Shown here in pieces: positions 10,945 to 23,087 of a stretch of 64,000 nt of DNA. Under the pieces are notes generated by a model that did no database searches, was not told where the DNA came from, and worked only from the letters and a program-made list of their open reading frames with translations. Origin of the DNA: Penicillus capitatus (lineage: Eukaryota; Plantae; Chlorophyta). How positions within the stretch are numbered: position 1 is the stretch's first letter; every line of letters begins with the position of its first letter. The position numbers and the translations under genes were made by a program. The stretch spans positions 248,001-312,000 of the forward strand of contig OZ287706.1 of NCBI GenBank assembly GCA_965649825.1, written 5' to 3'.

Positions 10945-12768
10945 ATGAGACCGCGAACGCCGCGGCGAAGAACGGCAGCGCAGAGGTGCGTTTGACCCCG
11001 TCTTGCCCTTTCTTACATCAGCTTCATTGCAGGCTCAAGGCGCTTCGGCGCAAGAAGCCAGCCAACCACCCCGTCGAGACGTATGCCGTCTTGCAGCAGC
11101 AGCTCAAAGGCGAAGTAGCGCCGTTCCAATGCCTCCCCGAGACGTGGTCATCGTATTCTCTACAGGACGTACTGTTTGTCATCAGTGATTTGTCGAGCGT
11201 CGCTCGAGGCAGAACAGATCTTGGACGGTGGTCTGTGTATGCGGTCTGCGATGGACATGGTGGAACACGTGCCGCAAAATTTGTGCGTAAGCACTTGGCT
11301 TCAGCGCTTGTCAAGGTTCTCCCGTCTGGCCGGCTGCCTGCCCCCTCCTCAGAAGGTCTGCTCTCCCAACTCTCCCCCCTCCTATTCCTGCCTCGTTAGA
11401 CTGCGAGGAATACTGCAGAACTGTGCGGCATGCATTGGTTCGGTCATTTGTGAGTTTGCATGAAGCTTTTGCATCTGAGGGATGCCGGCTATCAGGTCAG
11501 GCCGCACTCAGCAGGGATGTAGAGAAAAGGACGCATGACATGGACAGGAACAACAGTCTCCGTCTGTTTGGTATGCGACTGGTTGTTGACCGCGGCGAAT
11601 GTGGCAGACTCTGAGGTGTTTCTCCTTATGGGTCAGTCCGTTCTGGAACTGACGAACTGTCATAAAGTTGAAAACAACAAGCAAGAAATAAAGAGGCATG
11701 CCAAATGCTCACTCTTCTCTCTCTTCTCACTCTTTTTTCATGTAGACTGCAGTCTGTGGGTGCAGATCTGCGCAGATTATCAAATAGTGGGCAGGGCCCG
11801 ATGTTAGATGGAGAGGCGGGAAGAGGGCCGTTGCGTGTATGGCCTGGAGGACTTGCTATGTCTAGGTCGCTAGGGGACCTCGTTTGTGATCCCCACATTG
11901 TTCCTGTACCACATATCCGTCAAGTACTCCACCACGGATGCCTTGCGGTGTCTCTCGATGAGGGAGGGTGATGCTGCTTAGGTGTGGATCCCCAAAGAGG
12001 GAGCTCGACTTGTGATGGCATCCGACGGTCTATGGGATCACGTTTCGGGTATGGAAGCATGTCGCACTGTACACGCGTCTCCATTGCTGGATTCTCCACA
12101 ACGACTCATGCAGGCGGCGAAAGCTGCTTCGAATGACGTTCTTTCGGATGACATATCTATCCTCGTCTTGGATCTGATGCCGCATGAAGGAGTAGATTTT
12201 TCTCAAAGACCATCAACACAAATAACTGTTTTACGTTCCATTCGGGGTTACCTTAGTCATCCCGGGAAACTCAAGAAGGCGAAGCGAAGTGAACTTATTG
12301 CAGATGAGGATGGACTCGTCGCCTATCCAGACATGAGCAAAAACCTCATACCCGAAATCTGCGATGTCCCATCCGCATCGTACGCCGCTCTGCCAGATAT
12401 CATAACCGTAGCGGGATGCTTTCTTTAGGGGTGATTCCGAGGATGATGCACATTCACGTAACTCTTCAATGACTTCCGAGAACTGGGATGTCTGCGAATG
12501 CTCCTGGGACTGTTCGGTCAATTCTTCGAGCAGTTGGGAAAAGGATGATCGCGACATCCTGGATACGGCTCAGAACTTCGTGACGGGTTCCAATCAGTCA
12601 AGAAGAACGAATCAGAGCGTGAAGATGGTGGTAAAGCAGTCCGTATCGAGACGCGATGTGGAGCGAGGTGACCTGAGCGATTTGTTGGATACATCCATGA
12701 CGACAACGGATGCGCCGTTGATGACAACGATCTATGAACCCGATGGCGAAAACGAAGAAACGACATGA
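10945..12768 (+). CDS. Protein phosphatase 2C (PPM family), multi-exon
   Basis: KGE|D, YAVCDGHGG, GTTVSV, AANVADS, GPLRVWPGGLAMSRSLGD, MASDGLWD, LSDDISIL; TGTAA at 12955-12959 downstream. Confidence 0.93.
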
Positions 12769-13317
12769 CGACCATCGTTGCCGGATGATGTCCCTTTATT
12801 TTTTGAATGTCCCGATGACACTGGACATACAGACAGACGCCAGCAATAACATGGACTGAAGCATTCGATCACCCAACCAGCCTGATTTGTGTGGGACGGA
12901 CGATTCATTCTGCGTTCATGACTCACCGCCACGACGACGAATCCATCTGTTATGTGTAAATATCTCTCTCATAGGCACGGTGCCTCGTTTTGTGAGCTGT
13001 CCATCCGCTTCTCAACAAAGCTTCGAGGTTTTTGGATGTACTTAATCTTCCCAATAAAGAATCGATTGAACTTCTAGAGCATCAAATTAGTGAAGCATGA
13101 GCGGTTTTTATCTATGAGCGATTTTGATGCGACGTCCTGATGTGTGTGCACCAAACTGATAAATTTGCTTGCTGTGCATTAGGGAGAACACAACAACAAT
13201 ACACGCACACACGCACTCATGTCACAGAGTCTTACAACTTGAATATCAATAAACAAGCAAACAAGCGATTGATAGGGGTCCTGTCAAAACCTCTATCGAG
13301 CCAAGTGTTTGTCTGAT

Positions 13318-14916
13318 CTATGTCAAAGTTATTGAAGGAAGGATGACGGGACTGCTGGGGTCACATTTGCTCAGATTCTCCATACGGCGATGGAACTGAG
13401 GCACAACCTGTTGCACGTTGTCTACGATGGCGCCGTGTATACCAAGTCTCCATTGCTCAGTCAGCCAGTCCATATCATCGTTCTCCAGTCCATACGTCAT
13501 CATCTGTAAGTGATGGCGACAGGCCACCTTTATGAGATGGGATTGGGCGCGAAGCTGAGACGTATCCACGACCAGGCCGTCCAATCCATGCTCCCGACAG
13601 AAATCGATGGCGCCGGCGATGCTCATCCGACGAGGATCGACGTGGAAATCAATGCCTCCGGTCGTGAGGAGCATGACAGGAATGGATGCTAGAGAACCGC
13701 TCTTTAGCTTGCGCTTCATTTCTGTACAGATATCTGGATCGAACGATGATATAACGATGTTCCCTTCCGGACGACATCGGGCGTCACGCTCCAGCGCCGC
13801 CACGATCGGCTGCGTCATCCGTTCGATCTCGGCAGGCGATGTGCGTTCGAGCGACGCCGGTGTGGCCATCTTGACTTCGAGATTGAGGCCCAGATCGATG
13901 GGGAGCGAAGTCAAGACGTCGTCTAAGCTGGGCAGAGCATCGTCATCCGAACAACGCCAGGCAGCGTGATGTGACGCGTAAGCAACGGGCAACTGGTCTG
14001 TTCGATAACGGAACTTACGGCACAGCATCTTGCTCTCACTCTTTACCTACATCCATCTCACGGCACATCCGACGGACGCATCGAATTGTCACACTTTCTC
14101 ATTGTTTTTCGATTTGTGGTAACCGAGCGATGTAAAGGTGTCGTGGTCGAGTTCGGCGATGGAGTGGCACGTGGGATTCGACGGTAAGCCATGGGCGATA
14201 TCGTCATCGTGCCAAATGACGGGAACGCCATCTCTTGTCACCTGGATCCGATACAAGACACGTCACATCTCTACCGATCTCCAAATGCAAGGTGGTCACT
14301 TGGACATCCATCTCGACAAAACGCGCCCCGTGGCGATGGGCAGCGAGGAACGACTGGATCGAATTCTCGCGCCAAATGTTAGCGACATCGGCTGTCATGT
14401 CGTTGGTGCCTAAGTTCTCGCCCATACCTGTCAGCCATACTGGAACGACCGAACTCCGAGGGTGCAGATTCTACCTCGATGTCCTCCAATGGCGAGAACC
14501 GTCGCTGCGCCGTTCGCGTCCGAATCGTGCAGAAGGTCTCTGGAAGAAACCGCCGCCGTCTGTTCATGCGACGCAAGAAATGACGGTTGGGCGCTCTGCA
14601 CTTTTGAAGCAGACCACAGACGCCGAACGACAGAAAGACGTGGCTGCTGGCTTTTCTCAACCTCGCGGCCCGTTAGCGAGGTTCTCGGTCGTACGTCCTT
14701 GGCGGCCTCCATGATTCTCCCAGATAAGAGGCCGGCCGTGATTTTTGAAAACAGACGGCTCAGGTGGCGCTGGATTGGGTGTGGGTGATGCCTATGATTC
14801 CATGGTGGTGAGAGTACTCCTATTATATGCGCAGCATTTCTGCCAGTAGATTCTGTGGAATCTTCCCACGCGGCCACAACGACGGTGTCTTCGTTGGCGA
14901 CCGTATACCTGCGCAT
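13318..14916 (-). CDS. GDPD: Glycerophosphodiester phosphodiesterase (GDE1/GDPD1-like)
   Basis: IGGHRG|MG, RENSIQSFLAAHRHGARFVEMDVQ|TRDGVPVIWHD, LNLEVK, ISSFDPD, MMTYG, GAIVDNV. Confidence 0.93.
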
Positions 14917-15013
14917 CCATATCGAATACGGTGCTCGTCGATCATACGACGCGCCTAACGGACTCCTGCGTCATCTACACTGTACCGTTCATTATCGATA
15001 CGTTCGCGCCACG

Positions 15014-15365
15014 ATGCAACACAACAGAGTAAGGCCGATAGTCGCCTCGTTATCCAGCGTTATGCGTTTTGCTGTTTCAGCTTCTCTACGTTGGCCGCGT
15101 TCTGCTGAACAGTGACGATGACGGCAACACGTCGAACACGCAAAAGAGTTGTGAAGGTCCTGTACCGCACGTGGCCGTTGTAGGTTGTATTTTTCTAGGC
15201 GGTTCAGACCCTGTGCTCCACACTCTGTTGACCTTCGTCTTTGGTCTTATCGGCTGGTTTTGTCTTCTGCTCTTTATGATTTATCTGCTGTATCATTTCT
15301 CAAGACCAACGAGTGTAGCGCTTCATGTCAGCGAAGAATCCAGAGATCCAGAAATGAGTCCATGA
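15014..15365 (+). CDS. Small single-pass membrane protein (tentative)
   Basis: ATG 15014, GTAAGG...TTTCAG intron, one hydrophobic helix LLTFVFGLIGWFCLLLFMIYLLY. Confidence 0.4.
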
Positions 15366-15681
15366 AAATGGAGCATTCCACCAATCGTCGATCCAACAAT
15401 CGCCATCAAACAGCAAATCTAGTTCTGTGATCCTGCGAACGAGATAGATGGTTTTGGCTGATGCTGTTATGAGAAACAGTTCATGCGCATGTCAACTTCT
15501 GCAGGAACAGTCTGATAGATTTGACCTGACACAGTTACTGTCCAACACCTTTCAGTTCGTGCAGAGTTGGATGGATGTTATCATAAGACACCTTGAATAC
15601 GAATATTGTTTTATAGTAGATGCATTATTCCCCCGCGACGAAACACCAGTTCTCAGAGCCCTTTGCTCATCAAATGCATTT

Positions 15682-16593
15682 TCACGGTAGATCATGCGTC
15701 TTGGCCTCACGATCCGGAATCCAAAACAGACCGTCCCTCACAATCTCCGGAAAGGATACGTCAATGCGTGCCGGCTGATAATAGTGGGGCAAAACACCGC
15801 AGAGATGGGCATCCCAGCAGAAGACAAGAACGTGTTGGCGAAGGAATGCCGCGGTGATGTGGCGCTTGGCGTCCTCATGTATGATGCTATCGCAGTGGAC
15901 GTAGACACCATTGTATATTGTGTCGTATGCATTTCCCGAAAAGCCGAACTTCTCGACCGACCACCAAAACTGTATGGGAAGGAAAAGGAAAGAGATAGAA
16001 CATCTCAATTGGGAACCATACAGTCGAAGGCATCGCAACTGTCCACACGCCCGAACGGCACCATCGATGTCATCGCTGTTACAAAGAGCGAAAAACTTTC
16101 GACGCTGTTGGTCCCATTCCTTAGACTTCCAAAAAAATTGTCCTCGTCGAATGATTCCATCATGGCAGAACCAGGTCGATAGAAACGCAAACTCGCCAGG
16201 AAAGCTCTCCCATAGAGGCATCGCTGACGCGTCTGGTCCCTCTTGAGGCAGATCTGACGCGAATGGCGGCGGTTCGATCTCTTCGCCAAATCGCGTCATG
16301 CAGATGGCTCGCGAAGACTTGAATGGATAATGCCCTTTGATGTGGTGAAGGGGCAGCTGATGAACAGAGGCCTCTGCTGAGTTGAGACGAAGAGTACTCG
16401 TCACAAACTGTTGCCAGACCAGTGGTCGACACGCATGTCGAAGGGCTTTGCTGACCCAGCTGAGATGCCGAACGTCGACTGCGTCCAGTCGTGCCAGGAT
16501 CACCGAAAATAGGGCGTCGTTCTCGGCGAGCTCTTCCAACATCGAGACCCAATGCGTCCTTCCCGTTCGCTGTCTCTTCCGGCGTTTTGTCAT
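15682..16593 (-). CDS. F-box-like protein, 303 aa, intronless
   Basis: N-terminal DALFSVILARLDAVDVRHLSWVSKALRHAC fits the F-box pattern; the remainder is unassigned. Confidence 0.65.
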   Translation of the reverse strand: MTKRRKRQRTGRTHWVSMLEELAENDALFSVILARLDAVDVRHLSWVSKALRHACRPLVWQQFVTSTLRLNSAEASVHQLPLHHIKGHYPFKSSRAICMTRFGEEIEPPPFASDLPQEGPDASAMPLWESFPGEFAFLSTWFCHDGIIRRGQFFWKSKEWDQQRRKFFALCNSDDIDGAVRACGQLRCLRLYGSQLRCSISFLFLPIQFWWSVEKFGFSGNAYDTIYNGVYVHCDSIIHEDAKRHITAAFLRQHVLVFCWDAHLCGVLPHYYQPARIDVSFPEIVRDGLFWIPDREAKTHDLP

Positions 16594-16669
16594 TACGACT
16601 GCGCAACAAATGAACGATGTGACGTAGAGATAGACGCCATTTGTTCAAGAGCTCGGCGCCCGTGGTATC

Positions 16670-17738
16670 ATGCAGCTGAGTGTGACGCCCGAAGAAAAAG
16701 TGCAGGATGCATTGAAGCAGCTGCGTGTTGTCGACCGAGCCGACATCGACATCGTCTTCCGGCGCCTCGCCGATGCGCATCTCTACCAAGTAAATACACA
16801 CCGACGCGCCTAAGCCTTTTACGAAGTCTGACAGGACTTGGTTGCTTTTTTGAACAAATGGCAGTCAAAGAGCTTCGAAAAATGCGTCGCCGGAGTGCGA
16901 AACGTGATCGATATGTTGCAAGGGCGTCTCACGCGCGACCACACGTCGGCGGCGACGAAGGACATGCGAGACTTCCTCAAAGTGCGTTTCTGAGCACGCA
17001 TGGCTCTATCTCGATCAGCGGAGGCCTCTTTGCCATAGTCTCTTCAGAATGTGCACTCGGATCAGATGCTCGACGCGATCTTTGACATCCTCTTCTCCTA
17101 TTCCGATGATGTGACGTTTCTGGAGTTTGTGGATCTGAAACGTGTGGATGGATTTCTCAAGGCCAGGTGTCCTTTGCCGATTGGCCGCCTGACGCTGCAG
17201 TCGTCAATGGATGTGCCACCCATGACACCAGAGCACGTCAAAGCGACGATCATCATTGCGAAGCGTTGTCACAGAAATGGCGATCATCTGAAGGCAGGAC
17301 TCCTGTACCTCCAACTGACATGTCGTCGTGCACGAAGTGACGAGAATTTCACATTGGAGCAACGATACGCATTGCTGGACAGCCACGTCCAGACTTTGGT
17401 ACGCGAGACGTGCAGTAGGTGCACTCCTGAGTATGGCGGCGGCCCTTGTAGTTTCTGCATTCTGGCTCTGTATCGGCCCTGAGGCTCCTTGAGCGTTATC
17501 GAAAAGGAATCCTCTTACAGAAGATGCTGCTCTCGGCAATGGGGTCCGTTCGCGATGCAGCGACGAAACAGCTCAAAGGGGAAGTGCTTACGGATCGACA
17601 ACTCTTCACGTTGGTCACGACACATCCCAAACTCAAGGTGTGTCGACCGAGCGAACAGCAGCCGGTTGTTATATTGTCTGTCAGGATGACATTCGGTGGA
17701 GAGAGGAGCTGTTGAATTGGGTGCAGAGTTTTGAGTGA
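16670..17738 (+). CDS. NUP155: Nucleoporin NUP155, C-terminal segment only (~290 aa, multi-exon)
   Basis: Spliced product MQLSVTPEEKVQDALKQLRVVDRADIDIVFRRLADAHLYQ|DLVAFL...FEKCV...|SLQNVHSDQMLDAIFDIL...AKRCHRNGDHLKAGLLYLQL...FTLEQRYALL|...LLERYRKGILLQ...QLKGEVLTDRQLF matches in order the Nup155 helical region as I recall it (e.g. EEKENVAREA..ADLQTVCKRF..FYEAVV; AKYY..H..AAHVFLRLA..TLERR). Confidence 0.8.
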
Positions 17739-17770
17739 ATGCTGGCGGCGGTGATTTTCCGTTTTCAGGT

Positions 17771-19191
17771 TTAGAAATCCGCATCTGTTGAAAAAACGTA
17801 GTGATTGCGTGACTTCAGGGAATCCATAACGCCAGCTGCTTGGTACTCGGCGACTCTTCTCTCGAAGAAATTTGTCTTTCCCTGAAGCGAGATCATCTCC
17901 ATCCAATCGAAAGGATTCGATGCGCCATAGATCTTGGAATACTGCAGCTGAACTAATAACCTACAGCAGAAAACTATATCGGTCCAAGACGTATGTAATA
18001 TGTGCAAAGAGTGACCTATCTGCCACAAACTGAATGTACTGCTGCATGAGCGTGGCGTTGATACCGACCAGTGAGACCGGCAGCGCTTCGCTGCAGAATG
18101 CGTTCTCCAGGTGGACGGCCTCTCGAACGATCCTGCAAGAGAGGTCGGTGGAGAGATAAGAGAGACGCCGTACGTGTGTGCCGTGACTTCTGGCAGTCGG
18201 TGTTTGAGAAGGGCATACAGACAGCATGCAAAATCTGTATGGAGACCCTCGTCACGTGAGATCAGCTCGTTTGAAAAGGTGAGTCCAGGCATCAGCCCTC
18301 GTTTCTTCAGCCAGAAGATGGCACAGAAGCTCCCGGAGAAATGGATGCCTTCGACACAGGCAAAAGCCAAGAGACGTTGGGCAAACGACCCGTCTATCAG
18401 GCTTCTCTCAATAAGAGCGACGACGCATCTTCATACACACCTGACTGAATCCATTTGAGTGCCCATTCCGCTTTCTGGCGGACACATGAGATGGAGTGGA
18501 TGGCATCGAAGAGATGGTGTCGATGGTGGACATCCTTAATGTAGTGCTCCAGCAGTAAACTGTACATCTCACTGTGGACATTCTCAATGGCGATCTGAAA
18601 TCCATAGAACGCACGAACTTCTGGAATCTGCACTTCTGAACCACACAGTACTGTGGTTCATTGCTGCGCCGCCATCGCCACTTGCCTTGAAAGAATCGGA
18701 CGGCTAGGTTTTCGATGACGATGCCATCGGATGCTGCAAAGAACGCCAAGACGGTCGAGATGAAGTGTTTCTCGTCTTTTGTCAGCGTCAGCCAATCTCT
18801 GTTGTCCTGAGAGAGATCGACCTCCTCAACGGTCCAAAAACTGGCAAGGGCTTTTTTGTAGAAAGTCCATAGATCTCGAAAGTGAACAGGGAACATGGAG
18901 AAGCGATCGGGGTTCTCTCGAAGCAATGGCTCCTCTTCGACGACCTCCTCCGGTGCACGACTGCACGAAGGGACATGTGTAAACCCTGATGGCTGGATGG
19001 GCAGCATACCAGTGTTGAGGATGCGAGATGTTCACCATCCTTGGCAGATCGGAGGATCCAGTAGAATCCGTTTTGCTGAGATCTTCGGCAGAGAGGCCGC
19101 CGTTAAGACTCACCTCGGAACTGGTTTGGGGTATTCGAGTGCACGCGAACGGGACCGAGTATTACTTTTGGCTGTGGATCTTGGTCGTCAT
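17771..19191 (-). CDS. RNR2: Ribonucleoside-diphosphate reductase small subunit (class Ia beta)
   Basis: [95 protein letters not shown]. Confidence 0.98.
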
Positions 19192-19599
19192 GAGAAGCGC
19201 TCGTCGCTCGGGAGAAAACGCTCGAAGCAACGCCGCCGCTCTGTTTGGAAACGAGACTTGAAATGTCCCTTCTTACGAGATGGCGACGGAATTGATGCTA
19301 ATAATGGACAGAGGGCTCAAGCATTTGGAGAGTTACCGTGCTTCTATCGCGCGCCATTCTCTGCAAACGCGAGAGTATTTATTAAGTAGATATAAAATCG
19401 TTACTGCAAGTTGTCGCCGCCGCCAAAGTCACATTGCAGAATAGATAGGACCTAAGGTGAGCGGTTTAAAGTGGAGGAGAAAACTCCAGAAGGACGGCTT
19501 AGTTCGATATCTGTTATATATCAGCCGAACGGGACAGTGACGCCGAGACGATGAGGATTCATCTCGGCTGCCTTCACGGATCGTACCCTAAAACGTCTT

Positions 19600-20700
19600 T
19601 CCTGTAAAGTTGACTCTTTTAAGGTAGGGATGTCAATAAATGTGCTGTACACAAGCCACGGCCTCTTTTATTCTTATTAGAAGTGCGTTTTTGATAGATC
19701 GCTATCATTCAGAGTTCAGTAAGTATACGTTTGACGTTAGTATAGTTGAAAATTTGTATGGTTCAGTTTCTTTCCCCGCAATTCGGAGATTGTTTTACAT
19801 ACACACGAACTACACAAAGACTGCATTGAACTTAAAAAGTTGTCGGCATAGAGTTAGGTTACGGCACAGAGTCTTTGTTGAAACTGGTCACCAAAGGCGT
19901 TGTACCTTTGTAGTATATCACTTACAACTGAACGATCTACATACTACGTATGGTGGATACGGCATTCCTCTTGACAACACTGAAGAATCCATCCACTCAG
20001 GCTGTTTTTGCAGTTTATCTTAAAGAAAAAGATCTTGCGCTTCTTGGGCTCACCCTTTAGTTCTTCGACCTTCTTTCGAACCTCTTGTCGCGGAGGCGTT
20101 CGTCATAACGACGAAGGTCAACAAAAACTGTTCTAACAATGCATGTCCGGCATATACGTCGCGAATGTAATAACATGCCGTTCGACCACGCCTTGGTCAT
20201 CTACGCGAAGCTGAGCACGGTGTGACTACGGCACCCATTTACTAGTGTTCTTATGCGAACGTTATCCCGATTCTTCAACATCCGCATTCTTCGTGTCAGA
20301 GCCAACAAGTTCTATGCACAATCTATCATCAAGTCCCGGATTCCTTCAAACGACAAGGTTATCTTTGAGGACATGTTTTCGCGACCCAAAGTGTCCAATG
20401 CCGCCGATATTGTTCTAAGAAGTTCTCTGAATCGTCTCCAACTTAATGTCCATCGCTATTGATTCCAATCTCGTTAACTATTTCCAAAGAATGATCCTTC
20501 TCCGTCTATACTCAACCCATCTCTTCATATGTTCAAGCACGTTTGTTCGGTGTGAACTTTGTAATCGTGTTCACCTCCACGTTGATGATAACTTCTGCGT
20601 GCTTTGTGCAAGGACTGTCCATCGTTTTGATTGGTCATTTAGCCTATAATATGGTTTACTGCTACTACTCTGCTTTATACTGATTCGTTTGCCTGGGTGT
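19600..20700 (+). mobile_element. AT-rich island with a decayed ORF, possibly the 3' end of a non-LTR retrotransposon
   Basis: ~140-codon frame (20140-20560) with scattered stops ending LQLNVHRY*; adjacent frame CELCNRVHLHVDDNFCVLC resembles a C-terminal RT zinc finger. Confidence 0.3.
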
Positions 20701-21156
20701 GTACGTTAACGACAAAGTTGCCAAGTTGCTTTTGTACTCATAATTTGCAAAGTTTTTGACTTGGAAGTTTGAGCTTGGTCCGCGAAGATTCGGTCAAATC
20801 AATCGTGATGTTCGAGCACCATCGTATTCCGCCAACGTTGCAGTGATTACATGAGTTATTCTTTTCTCTTCTTTCCTATCCTATCTTTAATGTCGACTGT
20901 CAGTCCTTCATAATGATGGGACGGCTGTCATTCACAATGACGCTACGCATTGAGTCACAACAAGTTGATCGAGCAAGAACAAATCCTTTAGACAACGTTG
21001 TTTCTTTGAATAACGCCAATGAAGATCTAACGGCACCTTGATCAGCGCTGTCGTGTGTGTTGTGATCTCAAGTGGTGGGTGTTGTTGAGTCATTGCGTGT
21101 GCATGGTTATACGACGCAATCGGCACACAAAGAATCTTCTGAAGTGACGTTATCTG

Positions 21157-22720
21157 ATGAAGAGCAGCGCACTGATCGTATCGCGAAGTCCACTGCCGAC
21201 GCGGGTCTCCTCGCGAACAGTCGCGATCGGAAGACCTTCTGCCCTGAAAGAGGTCTAGCGACACTGCTTTATGGAGTCGTTGACAGGCAAAACCTCTCGT
21301 AGGATGATCGATGGCACGATCCGATACAGCAAGCGGCCTTCGGTTTACTGGGGACCGCGACGCTCAGTCTCACACTCGCCTTCGGACCCGAACAGGTCTG
21401 ATTCACCTGAAGACTCCTTGAAAACACTGTCTTCCTTTTAGATGGCCGTATTCCCAGCCACTGCCAATTTACCAAGTGGGGTGACGGTGACCAGTGCCCG
21501 TGCTCTGTTGAGAAATGCACTGCCAATTAAAAACGCTCCGATTCGGACGATTCAAAGAAATCTGGAAGCGATTGATGAGTTTGTCAGGATTCCGGGAAAT
21601 ACTGGCTTTGGTCAGATCAACAAGGCTGCCAGAAAGAGTCTCAGTGTCGTCGGAAAGGAACAGAATCGAATCCTGTCAGACGTCATTCCATCCAAGAAAG
21701 TGAGCATTTCTCCAGTTTGCCGATACATCAGGTGAGAAACAGGAAGAAGCCGCTCAGAAGCTGGACAAGTTAAAGACGGAACTGCCGGAGTTGATCGAAA
21801 TGATCAGCAACCGCGACAAGAATGAAGTCCTCTTTAAACAGCAAGCCCTCTTGGAATACGTCAACTTTGTGGAAGAGGCAATGGTTCAAGAGTTTCCTTT
21901 CGCTGTTCCACCCGAGTACAAGACGCTTCCTCAACTAAAGGCATCTCACCACCCACCCTCTTGCAACTGAATGGCATTCCAGGGAAGAGCAACGGTGGAG
22001 ATGAAGGTGAACTTCAAGGAGAAGTTCAGGGGAGACAACGCGATATTGAAGATGGTGATCGACGGTTACAATGCACCGGTGACTGCTGGCGATTTCATCG
22101 ACCTCGTCCAGAAGAAATTCTACGATGGCATGGAGATACAGCGAGCTGACGGGTAAGACTTGTTGGCATCACAAGGCGGTCATCTAACGAACAAGGCATG
22201 CACAGATTTGTCGTGCAGACAGGTCGACCGGACAAAGGCGAATTCTACATCGATCCCAAAACAAACCAACCTCGCATGTCTCTTGAGATACGCTCGAGTG
22301 GTTTCGCTCACGTTTGGACTGTAGGATTCCATTAGAAGTGAAGATCGCGACAGATAAGGAGCCAATCTACGAAGAATCGTTTGAAGACGTCGGGCGGTTT
22401 AACGAGCAACCGTCGCTGCCGTTTAATGCATACGGAACCATGGCGATGGCGCGATCTGAATTTGAGAACAATTCAGGATCTTCGCAGTTCTTCTTCCTCC
22501 TCAAAGAATCGGAACTGACGCCTTCCGGATCTAATCTTCTGGATGGACGATACTCTGTCTTTGGCTACGTTATTGACGGACAGGATGCCTTGGGAAATAT
22601 GAAAGTATGGATCGCCGCCAATTAAATGCATCGAAATGTGTTCGCTCGTTGCGTCAGGTCGGTGACGTGATTGAATCTGTCCGTGTCGTGGAAGGAGGAG
22701 AGAATCTGCAAGTGGCTTAA
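21157..22720 (+). CDS. CYP38: Thylakoid lumen cyclophilin CYP38/TLP40
   Basis: Transit-like [21 protein letters not shown]; [13 protein letters not shown]; [31 protein letters not shown]; [51 protein letters not shown]. Confidence 0.97.
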
Positions 22721-23087
22721 CGCCTTGATGGATGCAGAACGTTTTGAGATTGTTACTATTCATTTTTGAACACATTTTGAAGATTCCTTTTGAAATCTCG
22801 TTGTTTGTCATGCCAAACATAACAAGCGATCGCGTTCGTACAGAACTTAACTGCTGCTGTCTTATCTGCGAGGAAACTCTCACTGTGACGCGATGAGTGA
22901 CCGGTCGGCAGTTGAGCATTCTGACAGATCAGCGTCGCGCTTTCGTATCTTTATGTTGGTGGTGACGCACTTCTCCTTCTCGGCGCAATTCCGTCCATCT
23001 TGAGAAATCTTCACCTTCGCGACCATAAACTGTAAAGAGAGAAGAGAAGAAGCTCACACTTGGCTTCCTCTCTTTTGCGAAAGCTGT

